Shown here piece after piece: positions 1-8,660 of a stretch of 64,000 nt of DNA. This DNA comes from Thermofilaceae archaeon (GTDB lineage: Archaea; Thermoproteota; Thermoprotei; Thermofilales; Thermofilaceae), in NCBI GenBank assembly GCA_027027675.1, contig JALVKT010000092.1, forward strand, positions 4,854-68,853. Reading direction: 5' to 3'. The translations under genes were made by a program, and so were the position numbers. The stretch's first letter is position 1; every line of letters starts with the position of its first letter. The notes under the pieces were generated by a model. That model did no database searches. It was not told the origin of the DNA and saw only the letters and a list, made by a program, of their open reading frames with translations.

Positions 1-710
1 ACAGCGTATATGAGGCACTGGAAGAACACCCTGAAATAAACACGTCCATAGTATTTGTTCCAGCTCCTTATGCTCCGGACGCTGTCTATGAGGCGGTAGA
101 CTACCATATTCCACTTGTTGTAGTGATTACAGAGCATATACCGGCTCATGAAACCCTTAAGATGATAGAATACGCTAAATGCCGAGGAACAGTGATTGTC
201 GGGCCCAACACTCCAGGAATAATATCTCCGGGAATTACAAAGGTTGGCATAATGCCTGGCCAGTATTTTTCCCCGGGAAATATAGGTATAGTTTCTAGAA
301 GCGGGACATTAACCTACGAGGTATCCGCTCAGCTCAAAGAAAAGGGCCTAGGAGTGTCCACGGCAATCGGAATAGGTGGCGACCCCGTAAACGGTGTAGA
401 TTTCATAGAGGCATATGAAATGTTCCTTAGAGATCCGGCTACACAAAAAATAGTCCTTGTCGGCGAGATAGGAGGCAGTAAAGAGGAAAAGTTTGCAGAA
501 TACTATAGAAGTCTCTCCCCAGAGAATAGGAAGCCCGTAGTAGCATACATAGCTGGCCGCAGCGCGCCGCCCGGCAAGAAGATGGGACATGCAGGAGCCA
601 TAATATATGGTAAGACGGGAAGTTACGAAACTAAGGCGCGTGCGCTCGGAGAGGCAGGAATTAAAGTGGCAGAGAGAGTTATAGATATTCCAGAGCTGCT
701 AGAAGGTTAA
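1..710 (+). CDS. sucD: succinyl-CoA synthetase alpha subunit, 5'-truncated at window edge
   Basis: Frame open from nt 3. Translation contains SIVFVPAPYAPDAVYEAV, VVITEHIP, GPNTPGIISPG, SRSGTLTYE, GIGGDP and the phosphohistidine loop GHAGAII, typical of SucD/CoA-ligase alpha. Confidence 0.85.
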   Translation, partial: SVYEALEEHPEINTSIVFVPAPYAPDAVYEAVDYHIPLVVVITEHIPAHETLKMIEYAKCRGTVIVGPNTPGIISPGITKVGIMPGQYFSPGNIGIVSRSGTLTYEVSAQLKEKGLGVSTAIGIGGDPVNGVDFIEAYEMFLRDPATQKIVLVGEIGGSKEEKFAEYYRSLSPENRKPVVAYIAGRSAPPGKKMGHAGAIIYGKTGSYETKARALGEAGIKVAERVIDIPELLEG

Positions 711-2144
711 CCTGGAGAATATTCGTCTTTCCTCCATGTACAGTGCCGAAGAAATGCGTTCACCGTCGAGTCCTACGTTGTTCACAACTCGTAGAGCAGT
801 ATCAATGTATTCTCTATACAACTTTTCTAAGGCAGGTTGAGCTATAACTTCTTCCCACATTTTTTGAAATTCTTCCAGATCCACTATGGTTGGCTGCTTC
901 CCCGGAAGAGCTACTATATCGGCTTCAAGGTCTATGTACCAGAGTTCCCCGGAATCATACACGCCCAGCGGGGTGTTTATGTTTACATATATTCCCTTCA
1001 GTGAATTCTCGCTGGTCCTATACTCGTGGACAACGTGTCTTGCACCTAAATAGGTGAAAGAGTCTATCTTGTCTCCCCTCGCCCGAGGAATATTTAATCC
1101 ATCATAAATGCCGTCACTCGAAACACGTCTACTCAAAATAATCCGGGTTCCATAAGTTTTAGGTGAAGCTATCCACACGAAACTTCCGCCTAGAGGCTTT
1201 ATATGATGAATAGTTACTGCGGGCTTCGAGGTGCCTACCCGAAGATAGCTTTCCTCTATTTTCTCGGTGTCGAGACATGTTGTTTGCTTGAGTATTTTCT
1301 CCGTAAAGTCAACTCTGCCTGAAAACTCTGTGCTTACTAGTGACTTAAACAGGTGATGGAAAGGCATTGTTATAATGTGTCTGCCACGTATATTATCCAG
1401 GAACCTGCCGGATACAGGGGTAAAATACACTTCTGCAACGCTCTCTCCGGGGGACAAAAGCATAGGCTCTGAAACCTGTTTTTCCATGATGTGCCTGGCC
1501 TTCTCAATAAGCCCCTGTATCTCCGCGGCTATATCGACTAGACTAGCACGTGCAGCTGCACTTCTAAAACGTACGCCCCAGGAAGATGGTGCATATCTGA
1601 AAGCTAGCTGGAGAAGCTCAATCTTCTTATTCTCATCCCTTATATGTCTGCTAACGCCGTGACGGCCTCCCTCGACTACCCTCACATAGTCGCCGAAAAG
1701 AGCCAGCCCCTCCCTTAAAATAGGTTGAGAAGCGGCTCTAACAACATGTGCCCTTACGAGATCACCGGGTTCAAGCTTTCTATGGGTAGATAGTAGCCCT
1801 CTGCGTTTACCAGGGAGTTCTACAACGTAGTATTCACCACGGGGTTCGAGCACCCTTACAAGGTAACTCGTATACGGTCCCTCTTCCCTAAGTATTCCTA
1901 TAGAGTCGGGGATGCTCATAACAATGGCGTATGTGACTTGCCCAGCCTCTTTTGATGCGCCAATAATAACTATACCCTTTAGGTCGTTCCTATCCTTGAC
2001 GGTGACCTTAGGAGGCTTTTCTACGACTCTCAGTTCGCCCTCGAAACGCGTTCTCGTAACCTCTGTTATGTCTGAAAAGGAGTAGCCCATATCGGAGAGG
2101 AGCTTCGTCAAAGCCGTAGCGTAGATGCCCCTGACCCTTATCAT
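699..2144 (-). CDS. FAU-1 / RNase E-G-like RNA-binding protein (C-terminal DUF402-like)
   Basis: 481 aa. N-terminus MIRVRGIYATALTKLL resembles archaeal RNA-binding protein AU-1. Size and domain order fit; recognition by memory only. Confidence 0.6.
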   Translation of the reverse strand: MIRVRGIYATALTKLLSDMGYSFSDITEVTRTRFEGELRVVEKPPKVTVKDRNDLKGIVIIGASKEAGQVTYAIVMSIPDSIGILREEGPYTSYLVRVLEPRGEYYVVELPGKRRGLLSTHRKLEPGDLVRAHVVRAASQPILREGLALFGDYVRVVEGGRHGVSRHIRDENKKIELLQLAFRYAPSSWGVRFRSAAARASLVDIAAEIQGLIEKARHIMEKQVSEPMLLSPGESVAEVYFTPVSGRFLDNIRGRHIITMPFHHLFKSLVSTEFSGRVDFTEKILKQTTCLDTEKIEESYLRVGTSKPAVTIHHIKPLGGSFVWIASPKTYGTRIILSRRVSSDGIYDGLNIPRARGDKIDSFTYLGARHVVHEYRTSENSLKGIYVNINTPLGVYDSGELWYIDLEADIVALPGKQPTIVDLEEFQKMWEEVIAQPALEKLYREYIDTALRVVNNVGLDGERISSALYMEERRIFSRLTF

Positions 2145-2274
2145 ACACGTCTCTACAAGACTACAGGGGGAAACATTTTACGCTTTCAGACGGCGCTATA
2201 GCTGCTAAACACCGCGTCGCGTCACGAGCGTAAACCGCCAAACATAATTAGAGCACATCCGCTTATTCAAGGCG

Positions 2275-2433
2275 ATGTATAGCGAGGCAAAAATCTATAG
2301 ATGCCTGAGATGCGGCCGGGTATTCAGCAAGATGGAAATGGAAACGTTGCCGGGAATCAGGTGTCCCTACTGCGGGTTTAGAATAATAGAAAAAATTAGG
2401 CCGGAAATTCCTAAAAGAGTAAAAGCAATCTAA
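2275..2433 (+). CDS. rpoP: DNA-directed RNA polymerase subunit P (Rpo12)
   Basis: Hand-translated 52-aa [55 protein letters not shown]. It has a CxxC...CxxC zinc ribbon of RpoP/RPABC4 type. It is below the ORF-track size cutoff. Confidence 0.75.
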   Translation: MYSEAKIYRCLRCGRVFSKMEMETLPGIRCPYCGFRIIEKIRPEIPKRVKAI

Positions 2434-2493
2434 TCCGCGGAGCGTTATCTTTAAAATAAACCCTATGGATTAAAGAGGCGACGACGGGAGAAG

Positions 2494-2781
2494 ATGAGTA
2501 GCGACATACTTGAGGGAATATTAAAAGAAGTATACAGGGAACAGGAACTCATAAAGATAAAAGTTGAGAGAAGAAAAGGCAGAAGGGAAGTCACTATCAT
2601 AGAAGGCGTGGACCCCAAACTTTTCGACCTGAAATCTATAGTTTCCGAGCTTAAATCAAAGCTTGCGTGCGGCGGCACAGCGAAAAACGGGCGCATAGAA
2701 CTTCAGGGAGACCACAGGTTCAGGGTAAAAGAGCTGCTCGTTGAAATGGGCTTTCCGGAGACAAACATTGTTATAGAATAG
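2494..2781 (+). CDS. translation initiation factor aIF1 (SUI1 family)
   Basis: 95 aa. IKIKVERRKGRREVTIIEG...LKSKLACGGTAKNGRIELQGDHR is the SUI1 signature. Confidence 0.85.
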   Translation: MSSDILEGILKEVYREQELIKIKVERRKGRREVTIIEGVDPKLFDLKSIVSELKSKLACGGTAKNGRIELQGDHRFRVKELLVEMGFPETNIVIE

Positions 2782-2888
2782 AGAAGGAAAGAATAGTCGC
2801 TGTTTTTCTTCTAACTTGTCATTGCTGCATGCTTTGATAAGGTAGTTTTAACTATTTCACCGAGCTATTAGTTATTAGGTGTGAAAAA

Positions 2889-3347
2889 ATGGAGGATTGG
2901 GAGAAGCTATTATCAGAACTCGCCGAGATGATAGCTAAAATTCAGCGGGACATTGACCAGAGTTTTAAAGACTTCTGGGTTAGAAATTACAAGTACTTCC
3001 CCGAGAAGTTTTCTGTAATAGAGCCGCTGTATGACATAGAGGATAGGGGCGACAGGATTGTAATATACATGGATGCGCCGGGCTTCTCTAAAAACGAGAT
3101 TAAAATTAGGGTCACAGAGGATACTGTAGAGATAATTGCGGAGAAATCTAAGGAGAGAATAGAGGAGGAGAAGAACAGGAAATATTATGTAAAACAAAGA
3201 CTCTATCAGAGACTTTACAAAAAGATACAGTTGCCATGCAAGGTGAGGCCTGAACAGGCAAAGGCACGTTTCAAGGACGGAGTAGTGATAATCGAGATAC
3301 CAAAGAGCGGGGCGGAAAAAGAGGTTGAGATAAATATAGAGGAGTGA
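2889..3347 (+). CDS. small heat-shock protein, Hsp20/alpha-crystallin family
   Basis: The alpha-crystallin core has IVIYMDAPGFSKNEIKIRVTEDTVEIIAEK and ends KARFKDGVVIIEIPK. Confidence 0.8.
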   Translation: MEDWEKLLSELAEMIAKIQRDIDQSFKDFWVRNYKYFPEKFSVIEPLYDIEDRGDRIVIYMDAPGFSKNEIKIRVTEDTVEIIAEKSKERIEEEKNRKYYVKQRLYQRLYKKIQLPCKVRPEQAKARFKDGVVIIEIPKSGAEKEVEINIEE

Positions 3348-3835
3348 TTTTGGCCCTCGTGAGTAGTGGCGGGAGCGGGAAAGCGTGCCGGTGCGGAGTG
3401 CTAGGGGGGACTTTTTCTCTGCTTCACGCGGGGCACAGGTTCTTTCTATATGAGGCTTGGAGGCATAGTGAATGCTTAGTAGTTGGTGTGACAAGCGACG
3501 ATTTTGTGAAGCGGCTGGGCAAGAAACATCCCGTGGAGCCTTATGAGGTTAGGGCGCTTAGTGTGCTTTCATATCTTTTGTCTTTGGGTGAGGGGAAATA
3601 TGAGATTGTACCTTTAGAGGATCCGTATGGCCCGGCTGCCGAGAGGGATGATATAGACTGCATTTTTGTTTCCGAAGAGACCTTTCCTGGAGCTGTGGAG
3701 ATAAATCTTTTAAGAAGGATTCACGGCCTTAAGCCTCTTAGCGTTTATGTTGTTGAACTTAAGAATATAGATGGAAAAAAATTGTCTTCCACGTTGTTAT
3801 GGAGAAGATTTCTTCTCGCTAATGATGGCGGATAA
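3344..3835 (+). CDS. phosphopantetheine adenylyltransferase, archaeal type (cytidylyltransferase fold)
   Basis: GGTFSLLHAGH nucleotidyltransferase motif. Size is about 160 aa. The ATGA overlap couples it to the hsp20 stop. Confidence 0.65.
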   Translation: MILALVSSGGSGKACRCGVLGGTFSLLHAGHRFFLYEAWRHSECLVVGVTSDDFVKRLGKKHPVEPYEVRALSVLSYLLSLGEGKYEIVPLEDPYGPAAERDDIDCIFVSEETFPGAVEINLLRRIHGLKPLSVYVVELKNIDGKKLSSTLLWRRFLLANDGG

Positions 3836-4036
3836 CTTGTTTAACATTATTTTTATCGAGGCTATTATTATAAGGCCCCATGTTCCATAGAGGCTAAGCC
3901 CTACTATGCTCCTGAGCAGGCTGCTGGGAATCACTGCTATAATGGCTTCAATTGATTTTATGATAAGTATCAGCGTTATCCATGTAAACAGTATAAGGGA
4001 TGATATTGCGAGATATGCCCTGGCGAAGCGCATCAC
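3797..4036 (-). CDS. small hydrophobic membrane protein, hypothetical
   Basis: 79 aa with 2-3 predicted TM stretches. A 4-nt overlap with the upstream glycosyltransferase gene suggests an operon. No family recognised. Confidence 0.35.
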   Translation of the reverse strand: MMRFARAYLAISSLILFTWITLILIIKSIEAIIAVIPSSLLRSIVGLSLYGTWGLIIIASIKIMLNKLSAIISEKKSSP

Positions 4037-5070
4037 ACATACACCCTCATGAGGAGAGCTGTTATTACTGCAAGGATGGCTGGTACAAGTTCAAGAAGTA
4101 TGTAGAAGTGGCTGAGCTCCTTTTCGTGTGCAGGTCCGCCGATGTATAGGATGAATCTTGTTAGAGACCAGGGGGCGTTTGGATCGTGGCTTGCCATTAA
4201 GACACCGTCTTTAACCTCTATCGGTCTTCCCTTTACTTGCCTGTGTTCCTTGAACCCGCCGAATGACACGAGTACCATTATGCCGTTAATTAGGTGAGGG
4301 ATTAGGAGCGTTAGCACTATGAACTCTATTTTCCCAACTACCGCTAAGGCTCCCAGAAAGCCCCCTAGAAATAGGCTTCCGCTGTCTCCATTGAAGACCT
4401 TGGAGGGATAGGCGTTAAAGGGGTAGTACGCCAGTAGGGTGGCGATTAGCATGAGAGAGGAAATGAAGAGGAGATCTGAAGAAAGGATAAGTGAGGAGGC
4501 TAGGAGTGCCGCTGCAGCTACTAGCATCATGCCGGGGGTGACGCCGTTATATATGTCTAGCATGTTTACCAGGTTCGCGGGGCCGGCTACGGCTAATGGG
4601 AGGATTGCCCAGTAGACTATTGTGAGCCGTATACGGCCGATTAACGGTATTACGGGTCGGCCGAGGGAAACTATTGTGGGGAAGAAAAAGTAGGCTGCAA
4701 TTATCGGTATTATCGAGAGTATTGTGAGCAGGGTTTTTTCTTTACCACCAAGTATCTTTATGTCGTCGTAAAGCCCTACGAGAAAACATATGAGTGCTGA
4801 GGCAATTATGGTGGTCATCTGCACGGTGATCGAGGCTTTGTGGTAAACTAGAAGTGCGGCTAAATATGCGGCGAACATGGAAGCTGCAATTATAATGCCT
4901 CCTGAGTGCGCCACGATAGGCTTACCCGGCTTATGTGCGTCGCGACGGGTTATTCCCCGTTTTCTTAGAAAGGAAATAATGTGTGGTGCTGAAAGCCTTG
5001 CTACGAGGAACCCTACTATAGCTGCTGCAGCGCCCGCCGCTAAGGCGTTTAAAGTAAGCGTTTGAACCAC
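4033..5070 (-). CDS. dolichyl/polyprenyl-phosphate N-acetylhexosamine-1-phosphate transferase (MraY/WecA/AglH family)
   Basis: Polytopic protein with NMLDIYNGVTPG and FNGDSGSLFLGGFLG motifs. The ORF track extends to 5187 but that overlaps dhs. The GTG at 5070 lies 5 nt after the dhs stop and is the more likely start. Confidence 0.7.
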   Translation of the reverse strand: MVQTLTLNALAAGAAAAIVGFLVARLSAPHIISFLRKRGITRRDAHKPGKPIVAHSGGIIIAASMFAAYLAALLVYHKASITVQMTTIIASALICFLVGLYDDIKILGGKEKTLLTILSIIPIIAAYFFFPTIVSLGRPVIPLIGRIRLTIVYWAILPLAVAGPANLVNMLDIYNGVTPGMMLVAAAALLASSLILSSDLLFISSLMLIATLLAYYPFNAYPSKVFNGDSGSLFLGGFLGALAVVGKIEFIVLTLLIPHLINGIMVLVSFGGFKEHRQVKGRPIEVKDGVLMASHDPNAPWSLTRFILYIGGPAHEKELSHFYILLELVPAILAVITALLMRVYV

Positions 5071-5075
5071 CCCTG

Positions 5076-6098
5076 TTAGCCTATATAGCCTGTTTCTCGT
5101 GCAGCGTACGCTAGCACGTAAGGGAACGTTACTGTTAGGTCGCCTGGCACGGTTACATGGGCTGCTTGGGGCTTTATTTTTCCCCACGTAATGGCTTCTC
5201 TTGTTCTGGCGCCGCTAAGGCTGCCGTCCCACTCAGGCGCGGTTGTATATGCGACCGCGTAGTCTAGTCCTCCGCGAAACTGTGCCCACCAAATTAGATG
5301 GTGCTTTGAGATGCCTCCCCCGAGCAGTATTCCCCCCACCTTTTCCTTTTCGAAGAAGAGGTCAGATATTCTTTGCATGTCAGCTACAACGTCGACAATT
5401 ACTTCTTCGGGGTTTCTACTGCTCCTTAAAGTCTCGTTAAAAGTGTAGATTGCTGTGCCGAACGCTCCATCAATTATCCCGGGGCTAAATACTGGTACTT
5501 CTCTTCCTGCCGCGGCTGATAAGATCGAGTTTTCATCTTTGATCCTTATTCCAGCGTTTTTAGCAAGCAGTGTGGGAGGAAACCTATAAGGCGCCTTTTC
5601 CTCTGCGGTCATTTCTTCTAGCATTTTATGTGTGAACTCCTCTATCGGGGGACCATAGTTTTCATAGGGTATCAGAATATTCCCCAGTCTATGTATTTCC
5701 AGTTCTTTTAGCATAGTATCATCCAACTCAAAGTCCCCTATGTAGTACTTCTTTCCAAGACCCCGCGCAATGTCATGGTCAAATGTACCACCCGTGGTTA
5801 TCACGGCGTCTACGATGCCGTATTTTATCGCGTCGGAAAGTATTCCCCTCATGCCCGTGGCCACTAAATTTGCCGGAAAACTCGTCACTATCAGAGCGTC
5901 TCTCGACAGCATTTCAACTAATATATCTGCGGATCTCACCAGATACCTCGCAGTAAACCCCCCCATTTTCCTGAGATTATCTATATATTTGGAGGAGAAA
6001 TCTGCGATTTCCACCAAATGGATGTCGGCGACAGGCATGGAGAGTATTTTTTCCCTAAGTTTCTCGCTATCCTTCTCCATAATCTTTCGCCCTATCAT
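5076..6098 (-). CDS. dys: deoxyhypusine synthase
   Basis: VITTGGTFDHDI, GIIDGAFG and ILLGGGISKHH motifs. The longest ORF reaches 6176. The ATG at 6098 sits about 20 nt downstream of a TTAAAAA box and is preferred, but the start remains uncertain. Confidence 0.85.
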   Translation of the reverse strand: MIGRKIMEKDSEKLREKILSMPVADIHLVEIADFSSKYIDNLRKMGGFTARYLVRSADILVEMLSRDALIVTSFPANLVATGMRGILSDAIKYGIVDAVITTGGTFDHDIARGLGKKYYIGDFELDDTMLKELEIHRLGNILIPYENYGPPIEEFTHKMLEEMTAEEKAPYRFPPTLLAKNAGIRIKDENSILSAAAGREVPVFSPGIIDGAFGTAIYTFNETLRSSRNPEEVIVDVVADMQRISDLFFEKEKVGGILLGGGISKHHLIWWAQFRGGLDYAVAYTTAPEWDGSLSGARTREAITWGKIKPQAAHVTVPGDLTVTFPYVLAYAARETGYIG

Positions 6099-6191
6099 GG
6101 GTGGCACTGCTGTTTTTAAGCTATACCAGAGCCTCGAGTTATTATCCGTCCGAACGAATAGCACATAAGCTGCCATCGAGAATTATAAAAT

Positions 6192-6449
6192 ATGAGCGAG
6201 AAAAAAGCCGCAATTTTCGTTCTTGTTAATTGTGAAATTGGTAAAGAAAGAGAGATCCTAGAAAAACTAAAAGAGGTTCCTGAAGTATCAGAGGCTTATC
6301 TTCTCTACGGAGTATATGACCTCATAATCAAAATAGAGGGTGAGAGCAACGATATGCTCCGCGAAGTCATGCTTTCAAAAATCCGTAAGATTGAAGGCAT
6401 TAAGAGTACGCTCACAATGGTTGTAGTGGAAGGTTTTAGTAGAAAATAA
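6192..6449 (+). CDS. stand-alone Lrp/AsnC ligand-binding (RAM) domain protein
   Basis: 85 aa. AIFVLVNCEIGKEREILEKLKEVPEVSEAYLLYGVYDLIIKIEG is a RAM/ACT-like fold pattern without an HTH. Confidence 0.55.
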   Translation: MSEKKAAIFVLVNCEIGKEREILEKLKEVPEVSEAYLLYGVYDLIIKIEGESNDMLREVMLSKIRKIEGIKSTLTMVVVEGFSRK

Positions 6450-6504
6450 TAAATGTTTTTCGTACATCGACGACCCCCCTCCACGACCGTCTCTACATTT
6501 TATC

Positions 6505-7389
6505 TTGCCAGCTAGTTATTATCATGGTGCCATGAAATGCGAGGAATGTGGAGGAAACGTTGTCCTAACACCGGAAGGCGAGTACGTATGTGAAAAATGC
6601 GGCCTGGTACAGCGAGATCTCATAAGTTATTCTGCCTTTGAAGAATCAAAGTATAGAGAGAAGGGCGAGTACATAGGGACATACCTATTTGTATTCGACG
6701 CGAAAGACAAGTCCTCTATTGACAATGTTAGAAAAATGGTTAAAAGAAATACATATATAACATTTTCTTCAAAGATGCTGGCTAAAAGGAAGGCAGAAAA
6801 ATTGCTGCAAAAAATATCATACTATATAGTTATAAAAGAGCCGGAAATGAAGTCAATTATAAAAAAATATGAAAAACTCATTGATGCCTGGAGGAAAGAA
6901 AGCAAAACCGGTAGCAGGCCAATATCTAATGGACTTTTAGCGGCGCTTATATATGCTGAGCTGCGCGGCCAGGGAAGATTTATGTCTACGAAAGACGTTG
7001 TAAATGCCTTTATAAAGGCTGGGAAACGAATTTCTGAAAGCCAAATGTTATATGGATTATATTTTCTTAGAAAACATGGATATATGAACACTATGCGCAA
7101 AGAAACCGCTATAAAATACATTCATTCCTTAATGATAAAGGCGGGACTTACACCAAAAGAGGTAAAAGAAGCTGAGAACTTTATCCAACAACTGCTTGAA
7201 CAATGCAGAAAAATAAGTGGCAGAAGAAAAAGATCTCTATACGCAGCTATAGCCTATCTTGCAGCAAACAAGAAGCGAAGAATATCCTATAGAGAATTCA
7301 GCAGAAAAACAGGTGTGCCCCTGTCTACTCTACGAGAAAACGTTGTAAAGATAAAAACACTTAACGTTGTGGAAGTCTCAGCCTATTAA
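6505..7389 (+). CDS. divergent TFIIB-like transcription factor (TFB paralog)
   Basis: N-terminal zinc ribbon [24 protein letters not shown] followed by about 200 aa of helical, cyclin-like sequence. The start may be the ATG at MKCEEC rather than the TTG at 6505. Confidence 0.6.
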   Translation: MPASYYHGAMKCEECGGNVVLTPEGEYVCEKCGLVQRDLISYSAFEESKYREKGEYIGTYLFVFDAKDKSSIDNVRKMVKRNTYITFSSKMLAKRKAEKLLQKISYYIVIKEPEMKSIIKKYEKLIDAWRKESKTGSRPISNGLLAALIYAELRGQGRFMSTKDVVNAFIKAGKRISESQMLYGLYFLRKHGYMNTMRKETAIKYIHSLMIKAGLTPKEVKEAENFIQQLLEQCRKISGRRKRSLYAAIAYLAANKKRRISYREFSRKTGVPLSTLRENVVKIKTLNVVEVSAY

Positions 7390-7555
7390 CCTTCTTGTTC
7401 TGCCACGAGTAACGCCGTATCTTCTTCGACCGTCCGAACCCGCATGCTGAGCAATAACCCTTTCTTACATTAAAGCTGTGACGACCACATCTCCTACATC
7501 TAATATGCGTCTTTTTCCTACCCTTCTTTCCAAAAGAAGTGGTCCCCTTAACCAT
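7361..7555 (-). CDS. rpl37e: 50S ribosomal protein L37e
   Basis: [51 protein letters not shown] is the eL37 zinc-finger signature. Confidence 0.9.
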   Translation of the reverse strand: MVKGTTSFGKKGRKKTHIRCRRCGRHSFNVRKGYCSACGFGRSKKIRRYSWQNKKVNRLRLPQR

Positions 7556-7566
7556 TCGTTCTCACC

Positions 7567-7788
7567 TCACAGTACAGGACTTACAAGAACCACGTTATCT
7601 CCACGCAAGATAACAGTTCCAAGCTGCCTCGTTTTATTATCTCTAATCTCCTCCGCATCCTCTAGAACTAGGTTTAAATGCTGGTCATAGCTAAAGAGGA
7701 TTCCTCTAAGCTCCCGCCCACCCTTTAATCTTACAAGCACCGTGCTCCCCAAAGACTTTGAAAGTAGCTCCGCGGTACCCGACGGCAT
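7567..7788 (-). CDS. Sm-like (LSm/SmAP) RNA-binding protein
   Basis: Sm1/Sm2 motifs are present: [31 protein letters not shown] and [13 protein letters not shown]. It shows the classical L37e-Sm gene pairing. Confidence 0.85.
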   Translation of the reverse strand: MPSGTAELLSKSLGSTVLVRLKGGRELRGILFSYDQHLNLVLEDAEEIRDNKTRQLGTVILRGDNVVLVSPVL

Positions 7789-8000
7789 ATCTTCACCACC
7801 ACTTATACGCAGGCTGACTTAACAGTCCCCTAAGATAAGGCTTTTGCCCGTGGAGGCAGCTATCAATTTTTTATTTTATCAAATTATTTGTATAATACAA
7901 TAAATTTAAAATTTAAGAGTATTATGTTGCATCGCTCTCCACGCTTTATTCTCCGTGGAGCGTTGAAAGAGATAAAAACAACCAGTTTTTCTCTTCTTTC

Positions 8001-8345
8001 GTGGTCTCTATGGGACTTATAGACGTTACAGGTGAAGAAGCGCGTAGTTATATAGAAGAAAAACCCATAGTTGTGCTCGATTTTTGGGCTGAATGGTGCA
8101 TACCCTGTAAGGCCATAGATGAGTCGCTTAAAAGGCTCAGCAACATCCTAAGTACACCTAAGATAGCTTTTCTCCGAGTCAATGTAGAGGAAGAACCCGA
8201 GTTCGCGGCAGAATATGCGGTGCTTAACCTTCCCACAGTAATCGTACTTTTTAGAGGAGAAGAATATAGGAGGATAACCGGCAGCATCTCGGGTTTCGAC
8301 GTAAAAATGTATAAGATCCTGAGAGAGTTACTAGAAAAACTCTGA
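8001..8345 (+). CDS. thioredoxin
   Basis: WAEWCIPCK active site (CxxC) with a thioredoxin fold length. The start may be the ATG at 8010. Confidence 0.8.
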   Translation: MVSMGLIDVTGEEARSYIEEKPIVVLDFWAEWCIPCKAIDESLKRLSNILSTPKIAFLRVNVEEEPEFAAEYAVLNLPTVIVLFRGEEYRRITGSISGFDVKMYKILRELLEKL

Positions 8346-8351
8346 GCATTT

Positions 8352-8603
8352 TTAGAGCTTCTTTATTAGAGTAATAACTAACGTTACCACGAACACGATC
8401 GCCGTCAATGTGTAGTCATGAAGCAAAAACCATGTAATCGCAGCCAATATTATCGCCGGCAACGCTAGCAAAAGAGCTTTGAAGACAAGGTACATTATAA
8501 GAACTGCCACCGCCACTATCACGGCCAGCACAACTATATCAATGCCTGAAAAGGCGAGATGCCTAACAACCAGCCCCTGCAGTAAATAGCCTCCACTCCA
8601 CAT
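8352..8603 (-). CDS. small membrane protein, hypothetical
   Basis: 83 aa and almost entirely hydrophobic (3 TM-like segments). No family recognised. Confidence 0.35.
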   Translation of the reverse strand: MWSGGYLLQGLVVRHLAFSGIDIVVLAVIVAVAVLIMYLVFKALLLALPAIILAAITWFLLHDYTLTAIVFVVTLVITLIKKL

Positions 8604-8660
8604 ATCAAAATATAACCTCCCATGCCCATATAAAAGGCAAAGCGCATCTACCTAAGAGAC

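Noticed and set aside
7933-7962. 7-bp hairpin (CTCCACG...CGTGGAG) and a 31-codon ORF (from ATG 7924) in the AT-rich spacer upstream of thioredoxin
   Set aside because: The stem is short and no flanking sRNA boxes or terminator U-tract occur in the right orientation. The mini-ORF has no supporting features. It may be a minor regulatory hairpin, but that cannot be supported from sequence alone.
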